Assembly (NCBI GenBank): GCA_963702845.1 | Contig: OY969763.1 | Coordinates: 2,912,001 to 2,976,000 of the forward strand | From: an uncultured Verrucomicrobiae bacterium | GTDB taxonomy: Bacteria; Verrucomicrobiota; Verrucomicrobiia; Limisphaerales; Palsa-1400 | Reading direction: 5' to 3' | DNA: 64,000 nt | Shown: one piece after another, positions 62,043 to 64,000 of the stretch | Layout of the letters: each line of letters begins with the position of its first letter | Numbering within the stretch: the stretch's first letter is position 1 | Notes under the pieces: generated by a model | Told to the model about the DNA's origin: nothing | Databases searched by the model: none | What the model saw: the letters and a program-made list of their open reading frames with translations, nothing else | Made by a program: the position numbers and the translations under genes

Positions 62043-63563
62043 TTAAGTGAGTTGATATTCTGGAGTCGACATGATCAGGCGAATGGCATGGCGAACATCG
62101 TCGTCATTCAACGCGCCGCGTGAATCCAAAAAGTCCTGCAACACGTCGTGTTGCTTTTTCGAGAGTTTCGACTGCAGGAAACGTTTTTCGAGCGTGGAGA
62201 GGAGTTTGCCTTTGTCGGCACGATCACTTTCCGAAACGATTTTATCGACTTCGACGGCGTGCATGCGATTGGCGACCATGGCAGCGCGTTGAGAAATGAA
62301 ACGTTGGATGCCCTGGCCTTCAGGCGCCATTTTGTTTTCGGCCATGACAAGCAGTGCCGACTGATTGTAGCGCGTGAGCAGGTTGTTCGTGGTAATCCAA
62401 CTCAGACCGCCGTCCCAACCTTTGACGTTCGGTGGGACTAAGAGGTCCTGGCCCATCGACTTGGTGATTTGACCGGCGACAATCGACGGCGGCATTTCGC
62501 GGTCAAGCAAACGGATGGAACCAACGAGCCATTGGACCGGGCTCTTGACCTGCGAACGGACCACTTCAGGCAGGTAAAATTCGTGGCTGCGAAACATCGT
62601 GCGCAGGAGCGGCTTGAAATTGCCGTCGTTCTTTTGGAGAACATTGGCGAGCGCCTGGATGACTTTCGGATCAGGATTTTCGGATGCAAAAAATTTCCAA
62701 AGCTTGCCGCTGATGAACCGGAATGTCTGGGGCTGCGAAGCGATGAGTTCAATTACGTCGTTGCCATCGAGATTGCCGGTTTTGCCGAGAACGGTTTTCG
62801 TGCCGTTATCGTGCATGTAGGGGCGGTAGATGAATTGTCCCTCACCAGGGTTCAGCGTGAAACCTGTCAGCGCGCGGGCGGCTTCGGTAACGTCTTTTTC
62901 GGTGTAATGACCTTCGCCGAGGGCGAAGAGTTCCATGACTTCGCGCGCGAAATTTTCGTTCGGATGCTCGCGACGGCTTTGAGCCTGGTCGAGCCAGACG
63001 AGCATGGCCGGATCTTTAGCAACGGCTTCGAGCATCTTGAGCCATTTGCCGGAGGCGTGCTCGCGGAAGGTCTGGATCTGCCGCCACATGAAGTTGGCGC
63101 GCTGAACTTTTTGGGCGCTGGTGGCGAAGTGGCCATGCCAGAACAACGTCAATTTTTCCTGAAGCGGGCGCTGAGTTGTGGCCATGCGGGTCAGCCAATC
63201 GCCGCGCATTTCGAGTAAATGGGTGACTTGTTCGCGCTGACGCTCCCGGTTGAGTTGCCGCCTCTTCTCCGCCAACTCGTATTTCTTGTCGTCGGTAAGG
63301 TTCGACTCCTTTTCCTGCATCTGGATTTTGCGAAGGTCAGCGAACCGTTCCCTTTCGTTACCGTTGGCCTCGGCCTTCGCCCAGTCCGGTGCGGACGTCT
63401 TGTCGGGAACCTGTTCGTAATCAACAAATGAATCGACGGCTTTGTCGGGACCGATTTTGACGAGGTGGTCGATTTCGGCAGGTTTGCCGCCGAAGCCCGC
63501 CCTGTTCGCGAGATGCGCGGCGGTAGCATAATTCCATTTAGAGTGCGGCAATGGGTTCAGCAT
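62043..63563 (-). CDS. DUF1800 domain protein
   Basis: [49 protein letters not shown] and PEYQL; adjacent to DUF1501 as is usual. Confidence 0.93.
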   Translation of the reverse strand: MLNPLPHSKWNYATAAHLANRAGFGGKPAEIDHLVKIGPDKAVDSFVDYEQVPDKTSAPDWAKAEANGNERERFADLRKIQMQEKESNLTDDKKYELAEKRRQLNRERQREQVTHLLEMRGDWLTRMATTQRPLQEKLTLFWHGHFATSAQKVQRANFMWRQIQTFREHASGKWLKMLEAVAKDPAMLVWLDQAQSRREHPNENFAREVMELFALGEGHYTEKDVTEAARALTGFTLNPGEGQFIYRPYMHDNGTKTVLGKTGNLDGNDVIELIASQPQTFRFISGKLWKFFASENPDPKVIQALANVLQKNDGNFKPLLRTMFRSHEFYLPEVVRSQVKSPVQWLVGSIRLLDREMPPSIVAGQITKSMGQDLLVPPNVKGWDGGLSWITTNNLLTRYNQSALLVMAENKMAPEGQGIQRFISQRAAMVANRMHAVEVDKIVSESDRADKGKLLSTLEKRFLQSKLSKKQHDVLQDFLDSRGALNDDDVRHAIRLIMSTPEYQLT

Positions 63564-63630
63564 AAGTAATTGGACGAGTCTGAGCGAAAAACGGTTACAT
63601 CGGCAGACCTCGGAATATTTTTTTGTTAAA

Positions 63631-63936
63631 GGTGTCTTTTGGTGTAGTTAGGTGTATTTCGGCGGAGTTCGACGTATTTCCGCTACGGTAACGATACGGT
63701 GAAAATACACGTGCAATGAGGTTGGGATGCAGTTGGAGCACAGGTAGGGTGTTGTTGACGTTAGCAAGATCGGTGTTTTCAAGTTGTTGAGTTGTGTTCA
63801 TAGCGTTTGGCAAAACTATTTTTTCGGTTTTAGTGGACCCAGATAGTCGTTGTTGGACGAAATTGGATGTTAATGGACGTAAGTGGGCACCCCCTTTGGT
63901 CGAAAATGGACGAAAGCGGACAGGCGTGGGTAGCAA
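63631..63936. repeat. Degenerate 10-bp-period tandem arrays
   Basis: GGTGT at 63631/63641/63651; TGGAC-like units at 63854/64/74/84 and 63897/907/917/927. Confidence 0.6.
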
Positions 63937-64000
63937 GCAAGCCGGAGTCACCACCGACAAACATTTGTCGTGGCTCGCTTGGTTCGGTGCGGGAATCGCC

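Noticed and set aside
6307..63431. Numerous long antisense or overlapping ORFs in the six-frame track (e.g. 7147-8034, 29399-30226, 61311-62123, 62469-63218)
   Set aside because: They are shadow ORFs opposite well-supported genes in GC-rich DNA.
63595..63960. 121-aa minus-strand ORF
   Set aside because: It overlaps the phased repeat arrays and has no recognisable protein features.

Overview
This is a bacterial chromosomal segment, most likely from a Verrucomicrobiota of the Pedosphaera/Limisphaerales type. That assignment is inferred from a TIGR02597-type domain, prepilin/H-X9-DG-CTERM proteins, a planctomycete-type cytochrome c, a DUF1800/DUF1501 pair and many secreted proteins ending in a '...FYR' domain. 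The left end (0.1-5.8 kb) is an AT-richer islet carrying a TIR-NB-ARC-TPR (NLR-like) gene and a divergent 2-TM/TPR gene, flanked by truncated gene fragments. From 5.9 to 49.4 kb the window is dominated by large secreted or surface proteins: a GloVer-repeat protein, a metallophosphoesterase-TIGR02597 fusion, an Ig/DUF5011 adhesin, a beta-helix/PKD/hydrolase protein, three tandem paralogous propeller/Calx-beta proteins and a DNRLRE protein. These are interspersed with housekeeping genes (lipoprotein broad-spectrum-type racemase, prfC, cysK, tmk) and an ECF sigma/anti-sigma pair. The right part holds ruvA, a HIT gene, nrdR, TetR-TolC-MFS, a Gfo/Idh/MocA oxidoreductase, a triple-domain Rid protein and DUF1501/DUF1800. 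No rRNA, tRNA, CRISPR array or transposase was seen. About eight otherwise intact genes carry single-base frame disruptions, which are most simply explained as read or assembly errors. Non-coding features include 10-bp-phased repeat arrays, a candidate ~105-nt hairpin RNA, a GTAG-type REP doublet, tandem NrdR-like boxes and palindromic GGG-N5-CCC boxes. All domain calls come from motif recognition by eye; no database search was run.
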